64,000 bases of DNA. It comes from Acidimicrobiia bacterium. Its GTDB lineage: Bacteria > Actinomycetota > Acidimicrobiia > Spongiisociales > ZC4RG35. Where the stretch lies: the NCBI GenBank assembly GCA_965203555.1, contig CBDBCY010000004.1, positions 1,952,001 through 2,016,000 on the forward strand, read 5' to 3'. The translations under genes were made by a program, and so were the position numbers. The notes under the pieces are model-generated. The model did not search any database. It was not told where the DNA came from and saw nothing but the letters and a program-made list of their open reading frames with translations. Shown piece after piece: positions 54,906 through 64,000 of this stretch (position 1 is the first letter of the stretch; each line of letters begins with the position of its first letter).

Positions 54906-56261
54906 TTATCCCCAAAACCGGACTTCGGCGATGGAGGTCGAATAATTCTCGGGACTCACATAAGGTAGCTCGGTGAACCACACCATCCAGGCTCCGGCCG
55001 GACGCTGAGGCAAGGTAAGAAAGAAGGCGCCGGATGCGGTTTGCCCGGAAGCAACCGGGTTCCATTCACTCAAAGAGGCGTCAGGGCTTGCAGCCCATGA
55101 AAGTGTGTAAACGGTGCCCGGGGTTATGCCGAGCAGTTCCAACCGCCGCGCTTCCGCCGGTGGAGTTATCACCAGCCCAACTCCTGCCTTTATCAGAGAC
55201 AGCGGGTCGTAGTAACGCTCTGTTCTCCAGGTGGTCTCCCGGTCACCGTCGACCAGGCGCTCCAGGCGGTGGTCCATTTCCCCACCACCCCCATAGGGGT
55301 CGAAGGTGGCGACTCCGGGAGGGTCCAGCAACGTGGACGCCGGGGTGGTAAGGACGGGCGCCACCGTAGCTGTCGGGACAGGTTCGGCTGCCGCGGTGCT
55401 GGGTGGGGACAGAGTCGAGGTGGTTTGTTGTAGGACGGTATTCTGAGTTGTGGTGGATGAGACAGGGGGAGCAGAAGAACGTGACCCCGAGGAGAGGAGA
55501 CTTCCTATCCCTACCAGCCCGACCGCGGTCAGCGTCAAGAAAGCGGCGATCCACAGAGCGGAGCGGGAGGCGCCCGACGCTCTGCTGGTTGGTGGAGAAG
55601 GAACCGGCGCCGAAGAGAGCAGCACTGCCAACTGGGCGGAGGAAAGTTCCCCGCCGGCGGTTTCGGCGAGAACCTGGTCGATGGAGGGCGGGATCCCGTC
55701 GACCAATTCCGATAGTGGCAGACCTTGGGAGGGCCTCCCGGTGACCCACTCTTCCAAGGCCTCCACCAGTTGCTCGACATCGGAGACGAGGGTGCTGTCC
55801 TTGTTGGGGGGTCCTACACCTCCCAGCTTGGCGGGATGATCCACGGAGTAATAAATGCTGTTGGTGCTGATCCTGGAATGGACCACCCCCGTTTCATGTA
55901 AAACGGCCAAAGCTTCGGCCAAGCCGGCGGCGTTCTGCTGGAAATGGGCCGGATCCAGCCTGGCCCCGGCCTCAAGGCGATGAGAGAGCGCCGTGCCACC
56001 CGTCCACTCGTAAGCGGCGAACACCCCGCCGGGTACCGAACCGGCATCGAAAACAGAGAGCAGGTGGGGATGAGAAGCCGAAGTCGACTTTCGGACAGCT
56101 TCCAGGTACTCCTCGCGCAGGGCTGGAGGGGTCTCAGGTCCAAGCACCCGCATTTGGACCGGCCGATCCAATACCACGTCGGTGGCCAGCCACTCTTCAA
56201 CGCCTTCGATTCTGCCCAGGCGAACCTCGAGGCGGTAGCGGTCGGGAAGCGGAGGCGGCAT
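54906..56261 (-). CDS. Membrane-anchored Ser/Thr pseudokinase with extracellular domain
   Basis: DRYRLEVRLG...ATDVVLDRPV, LAVLHETGVVH, TM helix, S/T/P-rich linker, DGDRETTWRTERY; catalytic K, HRD and DFG are absent. Confidence 0.75.
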   Translation of the reverse strand: MPPPLPDRYRLEVRLGRIEGVEEWLATDVVLDRPVQMRVLGPETPPALREEYLEAVRKSTSASHPHLLSVFDAGSVPGGVFAAYEWTGGTALSHRLEAGARLDPAHFQQNAAGLAEALAVLHETGVVHSRISTNSIYYSVDHPAKLGGVGPPNKDSTLVSDVEQLVEALEEWVTGRPSQGLPLSELVDGIPPSIDQVLAETAGGELSSAQLAVLLSSAPVPSPPTSRASGASRSALWIAAFLTLTAVGLVGIGSLLSSGSRSSAPPVSSTTTQNTVLQQTTSTLSPPSTAAAEPVPTATVAPVLTTPASTLLDPPGVATFDPYGGGGEMDHRLERLVDGDRETTWRTERYYDPLSLIKAGVGLVITPPAEARRLELLGITPGTVYTLSWAASPDASLSEWNPVASGQTASGAFFLTLPQRPAGAWMVWFTELPYVSPENYSTSIAEVRFWG

Positions 56262-56335
56262 TGGCTTGCCAAGAAGAATATCCGCTCCGGGCGTTTGCCG
56301 TGGGGCGATGTCGCGCCAAACTATCTAGGGCGGAT

Positions 56336-57346
56336 ATGAGAGTCTTCTATTTGACCCACCCTGCCTTCTACCGGCATCAAGCCGGGAATTATCACCCGGA
56401 GCGGCCCGCTCGACTGGAAGCCGTCCAACGGGGGGTGGACGCCTGTGGCCTGGACATCCAACCGGTGCAGGCGCCCCAGGCCGATGATAATCTGCTGGTA
56501 CTTGCCCACACCCCCGCATACATCTCCTATGTGAGGGAATTCATTGCCGCAGGCGGTGGCCGTTTCGATCCCGACACCGCCGCCGGTCCCGGATCGTGGG
56601 AAGCAGCCGTCAGGGCTGCCGGAGCAGGGCCCCATGCCGCGGCGCTGCTGGAAAGCGCCTCGGATGCGGTTGCCCTCTTGGCGGTTAGACCCCCGGGCCA
56701 TCACGCCCTGGCTGATCGGGCGATGGGATTCTGCCTGTTCAACAATGCGGCTGTCACGGCCCGCCACCTGCAGGCCGGGGGGGCGAGGGTTGCAATTGTG
56801 GATTGGGATGTACATCATGGCAACGGAACGGACGCCGAATTCGCCGCTGATCCGGAAGTGTTCTACATCAGCGCCCATCAGTGGCCCTATTACCCGGGTA
56901 CGGGCGCCCTCGATGAAGTGGGGTCGGGCGCCGGCAGGGGATACACCATTAACGCCGCTTGGCCGGCGGGCGCCGGCGGTGACGTGTACCGGAGGTTGTT
57001 CGACGAAATGGTGGTTCCGCGACTTCGCCGATACGCTCCCGACTGGGTACTGGTGAGCTGCGGATTCGACGCCCATCATTTGGACCCTCTGGCGGGCCTG
57101 CGGCTTACCGAAGCGGACTACCACTTCATGGCTTCACAACTCTTGGAGATCGTTCCGCCCAACCGGGTCCTGATCTTTTTGGAAGGCGGCTACAACCTCG
57201 ACGCTATCGCTCATTCAACGAAAGCAATGCTGGTGGGTTTGGCCGGCAGGCCATACCAGGGTTCTGCTCCCTCGTTTGCGTCCCCGCCTCGAACCCACCA
57301 TGTTTTCGAAACCCTGCTGAGTATTCACCAACAGACGGCGGGGTGA
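56336..57346 (+). CDS. Histone deacetylase-family (Zn) amidohydrolase
   Basis: HPERPAR, RPPGHHA, GFCLFNN, DWDVHHGNGT, GFDAH, EGGY. Confidence 0.93.
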   Translation: MRVFYLTHPAFYRHQAGNYHPERPARLEAVQRGVDACGLDIQPVQAPQADDNLLVLAHTPAYISYVREFIAAGGGRFDPDTAAGPGSWEAAVRAAGAGPHAAALLESASDAVALLAVRPPGHHALADRAMGFCLFNNAAVTARHLQAGGARVAIVDWDVHHGNGTDAEFAADPEVFYISAHQWPYYPGTGALDEVGSGAGRGYTINAAWPAGAGGDVYRRLFDEMVVPRLRRYAPDWVLVSCGFDAHHLDPLAGLRLTEADYHFMASQLLEIVPPNRVLIFLEGGYNLDAIAHSTKAMLVGLAGRPYQGSAPSFASPPRTHHVFETLLSIHQQTAG

Positions 57347-57397
57347 GAGCCAAAACCCACCGCCGCATAGCGAAACCCAACGACCACAATTAGCTGC

Positions 57398-58816
57398 GTG
57401 ATACCCGACAGACTCACCTGGCTACTGGACGACGACCAGATCCCGGGTCTACTGGGTCGTCGCTTTGCCCGGCACGGCTACCTGCTTTATCTGGTGGGCG
57501 GCACCGTCCGCGACGCCTTCATGACCAGGGATCGTCCCGGCGCGGGCGGAGAATTCGACTTCGCCACCGATGCGCGGCCGGCCGCTGTAAAAGCGGTCCT
57601 GACCGGCTGGGCGGAGAAGGTTTATGCCACCGGGGAAACTTACGGGACGGTGGCCGGCATCAAATCCGGCCACTCCGTGGAGATAACCACTTTCCGAAGA
57701 GATGTTTACCGCAGCGACAGCCGCCATCCGGAAGTCTCATTCTCCGACACTATCGAGGAGGATCTGGAGCGGCGGGACTTTACGGTCAACGCCCTTGCCA
57801 TCAAGGTGCCGGAGGCTCAGATGGTGGATCCCTTCGGTGGATTGGCGGATCTGGCGAGACGGGTGTTGAGGACCCCCACCGATCCGGAGAGGACCTTTGA
57901 AGACGACCCGTTACGCATGCTGCGTCTGTTCCGTTTCTGGGCGTCGCTGCAGTTTGCGCCGGACAACAGGACTCTTGAAGCGGTGACGAAGATGGCTGAC
58001 CGTCTTGACATCGTGTCAGCGGAGCGGATCAGGGATGAACTAAGCAAGCTGTTAACCGCTACCCATCCTGCGGAGGCTTTGCTGGGTTTGGTGAGATCCG
58101 GTCTGGCTGATCAATTCCTGCCGGAGCTGTCCTCTTTGCAGATGGAGCAGGATCCCCGGCATCGCCACAAGGACGTGCTGGCCCATAGCCTGGCTGTGGT
58201 TGAAAAGGCCACCCCCCGGCTTGTCCTCCGGTTGGCCTGTTTGCTGCACGACATTGGAAAACCCGACACCCGACGATTCGGCCCCAAGGGGGTGAGTTTT
58301 CACCATCATGAAGTGGTTGGGGCGCGAATGGCCCGGCGCCGTCTTGAAGAACTTCGTTACCCAAGGGCGGTGGTAAATGATGTGTCCAGGTTGGTGGAAC
58401 TGCACCTTCGCCCTCACACCCTGAAGATGGGGTGGACGGATTCGGCGGTGCGACGCTACGTCCGGGACGCCGGTCCCCTTCTGGAGGACCTCAACGAGTT
58501 GGTTCGCTGTGATGTCACCACGGTCAACCGCCGTCGGGCCTACGCCATTCAGAATCGAATCGACCGTTTGGAAGAGCGCATCTCCGAACTGAAGAAACAG
58601 GAGGATCTCGACCGGCTCCGCGCTCCGGTGAACGGCCATCAGGTCATGGCTTATCTGGGTATTCCTCCCGGCCCCGAAGTGGGCGAGATCATGAAGATTC
58701 TGCTGGAACGCCGCATCGAAGAGGGTCCCTATCTCCCCGGCGAAGCGCTGGAAACCGCTCGACAGTGGCACATAGGGAAGGGAAGGGATGATCCCGGCCC
58801 TCCGCCCCCTGTATGA
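57398..58816 (+). CDS. cca: CCA tRNA nucleotidyltransferase (with HD domain)
   Basis: LVGGTVRD, EFDFATD, DLERRDFTVNA, DDPLRMLR, LLHDIGKP. Confidence 0.93.
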   Translation: MIPDRLTWLLDDDQIPGLLGRRFARHGYLLYLVGGTVRDAFMTRDRPGAGGEFDFATDARPAAVKAVLTGWAEKVYATGETYGTVAGIKSGHSVEITTFRRDVYRSDSRHPEVSFSDTIEEDLERRDFTVNALAIKVPEAQMVDPFGGLADLARRVLRTPTDPERTFEDDPLRMLRLFRFWASLQFAPDNRTLEAVTKMADRLDIVSAERIRDELSKLLTATHPAEALLGLVRSGLADQFLPELSSLQMEQDPRHRHKDVLAHSLAVVEKATPRLVLRLACLLHDIGKPDTRRFGPKGVSFHHHEVVGARMARRRLEELRYPRAVVNDVSRLVELHLRPHTLKMGWTDSAVRRYVRDAGPLLEDLNELVRCDVTTVNRRRAYAIQNRIDRLEERISELKKQEDLDRLRAPVNGHQVMAYLGIPPGPEVGEIMKILLERRIEEGPYLPGEALETARQWHIGKGRDDPGPPPPV

Positions 58817-60525
58817 GAGCGGCCCACGCGTTCGTGTGCCTGGTGGTGGCGGGGAGCCTGGTGGCTTGTGGCGCCGAACCCGTAGACACTTCCCCCTCCA
58901 CCACCTCGTCCTCTCCCAGTCAGCCCGGAGCAACCTGGACCGTCGGCGAGACTACGACAACCGCTACGCCCGAGAATATCTCAGCGCCCGAGGCGGCGCC
59001 CACCACCTCCACCATCGGTCCGATCACCGACGGCACAGCAGCCACCACCACGACTTCGGCCATCGCCGCCACCGTGGTGACCACAACCACCACCCAGGCC
59101 GAGGCAGCAGAGTCGTCCTTGTGGGAAAGACTCCAGGAAACCACAGGCGCCGGGTTGGGCGATTCCCTTTACCCCGCGCTCGGCAACGGAGGCTACGACG
59201 TGGATACCTATAGCATCGAGATGAGCTTCGATCCCGTCACCCAGGTGATGTCTGCCGCCTCCACCATCACGGCGACGGCCACCACCGACCTCGACCTCTT
59301 CAGCCTGGATTTCTTCGGTATGTCGGTCAGCGATGTCACGGTCAACGGATTGGAGGCGGACTTCGACCAGGTGTCCGAGGAACTGATTGTTGATCCGCGG
59401 CAGCCGTTGGCGAGAGGAGATCGGATGGTGGTGTGGGTGTCCTACGAAGGGGTGGTTGCATCCCGGCCGGCCAGGGCGATACAGGGATTTACTGCCGGAG
59501 GCCACTGGTCCCAGGACGGGACGACCTTCTTCGTGCTGAACGAGCCGGAGGGCTCGGCGGCATGGGCGCCCTTCAACGATCACCCCTTGGACAAGGCACT
59601 GGTGACGGTGGAGGCGGAAGTCCCTACGGGATGGACGGTTGTCTCCGGCGGCAGGCTGGTCGACATGCGGGAAGTCGAGCAGACGACCGTCTTCACATGG
59701 TCCATGGAGCATCCGGTGGCGCCTTACCTGATTCCCCTCGCCATCGGCCCTTTTACTTCCCAAGCCGAGCCAGACTCGCTCGGTTTGGGGATTACCACCT
59801 GGTATCCGGAACACCTCGACACATCCCTGCTCGAGCCTTTCTCCCACCAGCAGGATTATGTGAGATTCTTGGAGGGACTATTCGGACCGTATCCTTTCGA
59901 GTCCCTGGGCGCCCTGGTCGTTCAGGCCGGGATAGGGCTTGCTCTTGAGCACCAGACCCTTCCCACCTATGACGTCTCTGCGGTGTGGGAGAGCGTGGTT
60001 GTACACGAACTGGCTCACCAGTGGTTCGGCAATGCCGTTTCGGTGGCGGATTGGAGCGACATCTGGCTGAACGAGAGTTTTGCCACCCTTGCCGAATGGC
60101 TCTGGGCCGAAGAGACGGGGGGCGCTACCGAGTACGATCGGATAGTGGCCGATCACTACGGGCTGTTCTCCGGCGCGTTGTTCCTTGACGAAGGCGTCTC
60201 GATCGATCAGGCGACCGCCGCCGCCACGGACCGGTTCTATCCGCCGGGTCGACCCCCGGCGGACGATCTGTTCAACTACACGGTATACGCCCGCGGCGCC
60301 CTGACCCTGGTCGCCCTTCGGGATGAACTGGGCGATGACAGTTTCTTCGGCATGGCCAGGAACTGGTACGACACCCACCGTTACGGGAATGCCTCCACCG
60401 AAGAATTCCTCTCGCTGGTAGAGACCACGGGGGGATCTGATGCAAGAGCTCTGACCGAGTCCTGGCTATACGATCCGCTTCCCCCGGCCATGCCAGAGAG
60501 AGACCTCTACCCCCTTGAGCGGTAA
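58813..60525 (+). CDS. M1-family zinc aminopeptidase lipoprotein
   Basis: Lipobox LVAC, Thr-rich linker, GNGGYDV, ALEHQT, HELAHQWFG...WLNE. Confidence 0.9.
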   Translation: MRAAHAFVCLVVAGSLVACGAEPVDTSPSTTSSSPSQPGATWTVGETTTTATPENISAPEAAPTTSTIGPITDGTAATTTTSAIAATVVTTTTTQAEAAESSLWERLQETTGAGLGDSLYPALGNGGYDVDTYSIEMSFDPVTQVMSAASTITATATTDLDLFSLDFFGMSVSDVTVNGLEADFDQVSEELIVDPRQPLARGDRMVVWVSYEGVVASRPARAIQGFTAGGHWSQDGTTFFVLNEPEGSAAWAPFNDHPLDKALVTVEAEVPTGWTVVSGGRLVDMREVEQTTVFTWSMEHPVAPYLIPLAIGPFTSQAEPDSLGLGITTWYPEHLDTSLLEPFSHQQDYVRFLEGLFGPYPFESLGALVVQAGIGLALEHQTLPTYDVSAVWESVVVHELAHQWFGNAVSVADWSDIWLNESFATLAEWLWAEETGGATEYDRIVADHYGLFSGALFLDEGVSIDQATAAATDRFYPPGRPPADDLFNYTVYARGALTLVALRDELGDDSFFGMARNWYDTHRYGNASTEEFLSLVETTGGSDARALTESWLYDPLPPAMPERDLYPLER

Positions 60526-60599
60526 GGGACCTACGCAGGTACAAGCGAGGAGGGGTTCGGTGCGGGACTGGAGCGGGCGGGGGCTCGGTTGCGTGACTT

Positions 60600-60630
60600 T
60601 GGTGATATGCGCATATTCGTATATAGTTGT
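60600..60630. promoter_or_regulatory. Possible ARG-box / promoter region of the arg operon
   Basis: AT-rich patch with palindrome ATATGCGCATAT just upstream of argC; only loosely ARG-box-like. Confidence 0.4.
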
Positions 60631-60654
60631 CCCGATGGCCATCAGTGACAGCGT

Positions 60655-61677
60655 ATGAAGCTCACCGCGGCGGTGATCGGGGCATCCGGTTATGCGGGTG
60701 GGGAACTGGTCCGCTTGCTGGACGCGCACCCGGTCTTCGATCTGGTGTGGCTCGGCGCGCACTCGCGGGCGGGCGACACCCTGCGGGAGGTGCACCCGCA
60801 CCTGTCCGGGGGTGACCGGAGGTTGGCTGAAACCGTTCTTGAAGACGTTCCACCGGTGGATGCTGCGTTTCTGGCGTTGCCCCACGGCGCCTCCTACCAG
60901 TTGGGACACGATTTGGCGGAGCGGGGCGCCGCTGTGTTCGACTTGGGCTCCGATTACCGGTTCGACACGGCTGAGCGTTATGAGAATGCATACGGCGCCC
61001 CTCACCCGGCAGACGACCGGTTAGCCGAATGGCGATACGGCCTGCCCGAACTGTTCGGCCTGGAAGGGACCCGGCGGGTGGCCCTGCCCGGTTGCTATCC
61101 GACCACCGTCCTGCTGGCCGCAGCGCCCTTGCTGGCTGCCGGGTTGGCCACGGGTCCGGTGATTGCCGATTGCCTGTCCGGGGTCTCGGGAGCAGGGCGG
61201 TCGTTGAAGACCGATCTGCTGTTCGGGCAGGTGGCGGAGGGAGCACGGGCTTACGGCATCGCCACCCACCGGCACCGGCCAGAGATCGAGATGGGTATTG
61301 AAATGTCCGGCGTCTGCGCTTCCGTTACCTTCACCCCCCACCTCCTGCCCATCCAGCGGGGTCTGCTGGCCACCGTCACCATGCCGGCCGCCGACCCTCC
61401 GGTGGACCGCTCGGACCTACTCGGAGTGCTGGGGAAGGCATATGAAGGACGGCCCTTGGTGGAGGTAGTCGACGCCCCTCCTCAGACGCGATGGGTGGCA
61501 GGGTCGAGCCGGGCGATGGTAACCGCCTTCTTTGACGCCCACTCCGGAATGGTTATCGCCCAGGGCGCCCTGGACAACCTCTTGAAAGGAGCGGCCAGCC
61601 AGGCGGTACAGGCTGCCAACCTGGTGTTCGGGTTGGAGGAGGCAACCGGACTGGATATGACGGGGTGGATGCCATGA
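60655..61677 (+). CDS. argC: N-acetyl-gamma-glutamyl-phosphate reductase
   Basis: GASGYAGGEL, LALPHG, PGCYPT, SGVSGAG, DNLLKGAA. Confidence 0.95.
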   Translation: MKLTAAVIGASGYAGGELVRLLDAHPVFDLVWLGAHSRAGDTLREVHPHLSGGDRRLAETVLEDVPPVDAAFLALPHGASYQLGHDLAERGAAVFDLGSDYRFDTAERYENAYGAPHPADDRLAEWRYGLPELFGLEGTRRVALPGCYPTTVLLAAAPLLAAGLATGPVIADCLSGVSGAGRSLKTDLLFGQVAEGARAYGIATHRHRPEIEMGIEMSGVCASVTFTPHLLPIQRGLLATVTMPAADPPVDRSDLLGVLGKAYEGRPLVEVVDAPPQTRWVAGSSRAMVTAFFDAHSGMVIAQGALDNLLKGAASQAVQAANLVFGLEEATGLDMTGWMP

Positions 61678-62837
61678 GCGTTACTTATCCCGAGGGTTTC
61701 CGCGCCTCGTCCAAAGCAGTGGGCATCAAGCCTTCGGGAGCGCCGGACCTGAGCCTGTTGTTGGCTGCTGAGGCCGTTCCCACGGCCGCGGTTTTCACCC
61801 AGAACGCCGCGGCGGCGCCGCCGGTGCATCTCAGCCGGCGGCATATGGAGATTTCGGGAGGGCTGATCCGCGGAGTCATCCTCAATTCCGGCTGCGCCAA
61901 CGCCGCCACCGGAGAGCAGGGGGCCCAGGCGGCGCAGGACATGGCAAGCGCGGTGGCCGAAGCAGTGGACTGCCGGGCGGCCGAGGTGCTGGTCTGCTCG
62001 ACCGGGCCGATCGGCCCTCATCTGCCCATGGACAAGATCGCGGCCGCCGTGCCGATGCTGGCCGCGAAGGCGACCGCCGCCGAGGACGCCGGTCTGCAGG
62101 CCGCCGACGGGATTCTCACCACCGACACTTTCCGGAAGGTGGCCAGCGCCGCCGTCGGAGGGTTCAGGGTAGGAGGGATGGCCAAGGGGGCGGGAATGAT
62201 ACGTCCGAAAATGGCCACCATGCTGGCGGCGATCACCACCGACGCCGTAGCGTCACCGGATCGACTGCGCCAAGCCCTCGGCCGGGCGGCGGACGAGACT
62301 TTCAACAGCATCAACATCGACGGGTGCGAGTCGACCAATGACACGGTGATTCTCATGGCTTCGGGGGCTTCGGGAACCGAACCGCGGCTAGAGGAGCTAA
62401 CGGAAGGTGTCCGTGCGGTCTGCGCCGGTCTGGCCCGCGACATCGTGGTTGACGCCGAGGAGTCCACCCGGGTGGTGACCCTTCGAGTTCGCGGCGCCCC
62501 GGACAGCAGTTCCGCACGAAGAATGGGCATGGCGATCGCCGATTCCGACCTGGTTCGCTGTTCTTTTTACGGAGGGGACCCGAATTGGGGCAGGCTGGTG
62601 GCCGCTTTGGGAGCGTGCGGAGAACCGGTGGAAGCCTCCCGGATCGGCATCTCCTATCAGGGAGTTCCGGTGGCCGCCGAGGGCGTGTTCACCGGGACGG
62701 ACCTGGCGGCGGTGGAGGCCTTGCTCCAGGGAGACTTCGTGGTGGACGTGACAGTGGGGGAGGGGACAGGTGCCGCCGAGATTCTCACCTGCGACCTCAC
62801 TCCTGGATATGTGACCTACAACGGAGAGCCCTCATGA
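61674..62837 (+). CDS. argJ: Bifunctional ornithine acetyltransferase / N-acetylglutamate synthase
   Basis: FTQN, NSGCANA, TTDT, KGAGMI.PKMATML, STND, DPNWGR. Confidence 0.95.
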   Translation: MSVTYPEGFRASSKAVGIKPSGAPDLSLLLAAEAVPTAAVFTQNAAAAPPVHLSRRHMEISGGLIRGVILNSGCANAATGEQGAQAAQDMASAVAEAVDCRAAEVLVCSTGPIGPHLPMDKIAAAVPMLAAKATAAEDAGLQAADGILTTDTFRKVASAAVGGFRVGGMAKGAGMIRPKMATMLAAITTDAVASPDRLRQALGRAADETFNSINIDGCESTNDTVILMASGASGTEPRLEELTEGVRAVCAGLARDIVVDAEESTRVVTLRVRGAPDSSSARRMGMAIADSDLVRCSFYGGDPNWGRLVAALGACGEPVEASRIGISYQGVPVAAEGVFTGTDLAAVEALLQGDFVVDVTVGEGTGAAEILTCDLTPGYVTYNGEPS

Positions 62838-63739
62838 GCACCGGACACAGCCGACCCACCCGACTAAAACCACGTATCGCCACGTCTATGGGCAAGGCGG
62901 CCATCCTCATGGAGGCGCTGCCTTACATACGCCGTTTTGCCGGAACCACGGTGGTGGTCAAATACGGCGGCTCGGCGATGGATGATCGCACTTTCGCCAA
63001 ATCTTTTGCCAGGGACGTGACCCTTCTCTCGCAGGTGGGAATCAAAGTCGTGGTCGTGCACGGCGGAGGTCCCCAGATCACCGCCGCCATGAAGAGGGAA
63101 GGAATCGCCCCCACCTGGGTGGACGGTCTGCGGGTGACCAACCGCCGCACCATGGAATTGGTTCGGCGGGTTCTTGGTGGTGAGGTGAATGGAGAGATAA
63201 CCCGATTGCTGGCCGCCAGCGGCGCCCGGGCGGTGGGCCTCAACGGGGTGGACACCGGGATGTTGCGCTGCCGACAACTGGACGACCGACTGGGACGGGT
63301 GGGAGATCTGGTGGAGGTGAACCCGACGATCCTGAACCATCTCTTGGACGCGGGGATGACGCCGGTCGTGGCGCCATTGGGCCTGGGGTTGGACGAGGGC
63401 GTCTACAACCTCAACGCCGACACCGTGGCGGGCGCCCTGGCTGCGGCGCTGGAGGCGCAGAAACTGGTGTTTCTCACCGATGTGGAGGGGGTCTACCGAA
63501 ATACCGACGACCAGGGTTCGCTGATTTCGAAGATGACGCTGAGCGAACTGGCCTTCATTGTTGACCGGTTCAAGGGAGGCATGCTTCCCAAGCTAAGGTC
63601 GGTGGTGGCGGCAATGAAAGGCGGCGTCGCCCAGGCTCACGTCCTCGACGGCCGGGTGCAGCACGCCCTGCTATTGGAGATGTTCACTCCCGAAGGGATC
63701 GGGACCATGATCATTCACCAGGAAGGAGAGTCGCCGTGA
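62834..63739 (+). CDS. argB: Acetylglutamate kinase
   Basis: EALPYI, VVKYGGSAM, VHGGGPQI, NLNAD, GGMLPKL. Confidence 0.95.
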   Translation: MSTGHSRPTRLKPRIATSMGKAAILMEALPYIRRFAGTTVVVKYGGSAMDDRTFAKSFARDVTLLSQVGIKVVVVHGGGPQITAAMKREGIAPTWVDGLRVTNRRTMELVRRVLGGEVNGEITRLLAASGARAVGLNGVDTGMLRCRQLDDRLGRVGDLVEVNPTILNHLLDAGMTPVVAPLGLGLDEGVYNLNADTVAGALAAALEAQKLVFLTDVEGVYRNTDDQGSLISKMTLSELAFIVDRFKGGMLPKLRSVVAAMKGGVAQAHVLDGRVQHALLLEMFTPEGIGTMIIHQEGESP

Positions 63740-64000
63740 ACTGGATCGAGGCGGCAGATCGGACGCTGGTGCCCGCCTACGGGCGGACGCCGGTGATATT
63801 CACCAGGGGCGAGGGCGTCTGGCTTTACGACGACCAAGGTCGAACTTATCTGGACTGTCTAACCGGCCTGGCGGTAGTGGCGGTGGGCCATGCCAATCCT
63901 CGAGTGTCGAAGGCCGCCGGGGCCCAGCTTTCCGAACTGGTTCATGTCTCGAATCTCTTTTACACCGAGCCGATGGCGAACCTGGCTGCCCGTCTGACCC
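63736..64000 (+). CDS. argD: Acetylornithine aminotransferase (5' part, truncated by the window edge)
   Basis: YGRTPVIFTRGEGVWLYDDQGRTYLDCLTGLAVVAVGHANP...HVSNLF. Confidence 0.9.
   Translation, partial: MNWIEAADRTLVPAYGRTPVIFTRGEGVWLYDDQGRTYLDCLTGLAVVAVGHANPRVSKAAGAQLSELVHVSNLFYTEPMANLAARLT

Noticed and set aside
58880-59110. ACC/ACG-rich low-complexity repeats
   Set aside because: Encodes the Thr/Ala-rich linker of the M1 lipoprotein.

Overview
High-GC actinobacterial chromosome segment (gene content and order resemble Acidimicrobiia; this is an inference) spanning the replication origin. About 1-14 kb is a defence/mobile island: a Type I R-M operon (hsdM-hsdS-hsdR-ygjP-like M48 protein), a decayed ISL3 element, and an intact IS110 inserted into it. 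The IS110's bridge RNA, CA core and circle-junction promoter can all be read directly from the sequence. The island ends in an uncharacterised four-gene operon: XRE regulator, helical 161-aa protein, HExxH gluzincin protease and a variant Dcd-type dCTP deaminase. This operon is the best candidate for an undescribed anti-phage system. About 14-32 kb is metabolic and housekeeping (mscR, icmF, VIT1, Mo-hydroxylase accessory genes, nhaA, fbaA, pabA/trpG, crgA, thiolase). At 32-34.5 kb a Schlafen/AlbA_2-HATPase-HTH gene lies beside tRNA-Ala, preceded by two 49-bp direct repeats that enclose a structured non-coding region. About 34.5-64 kb is the oriC region (gyrAB, recF, dnaN, dnaA, rpmH-rnpA-yidD-yidC-jag, parAB/parS, cwlM-like, trxAB, cca, argCJBD). 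It carries several rearrangements: cobTSU inserted between dnaA and rpmH, rsmG-parA-parB inverted, and tRNA-Ile flipped. All calls come from motif recognition by eye; no database searches were run.
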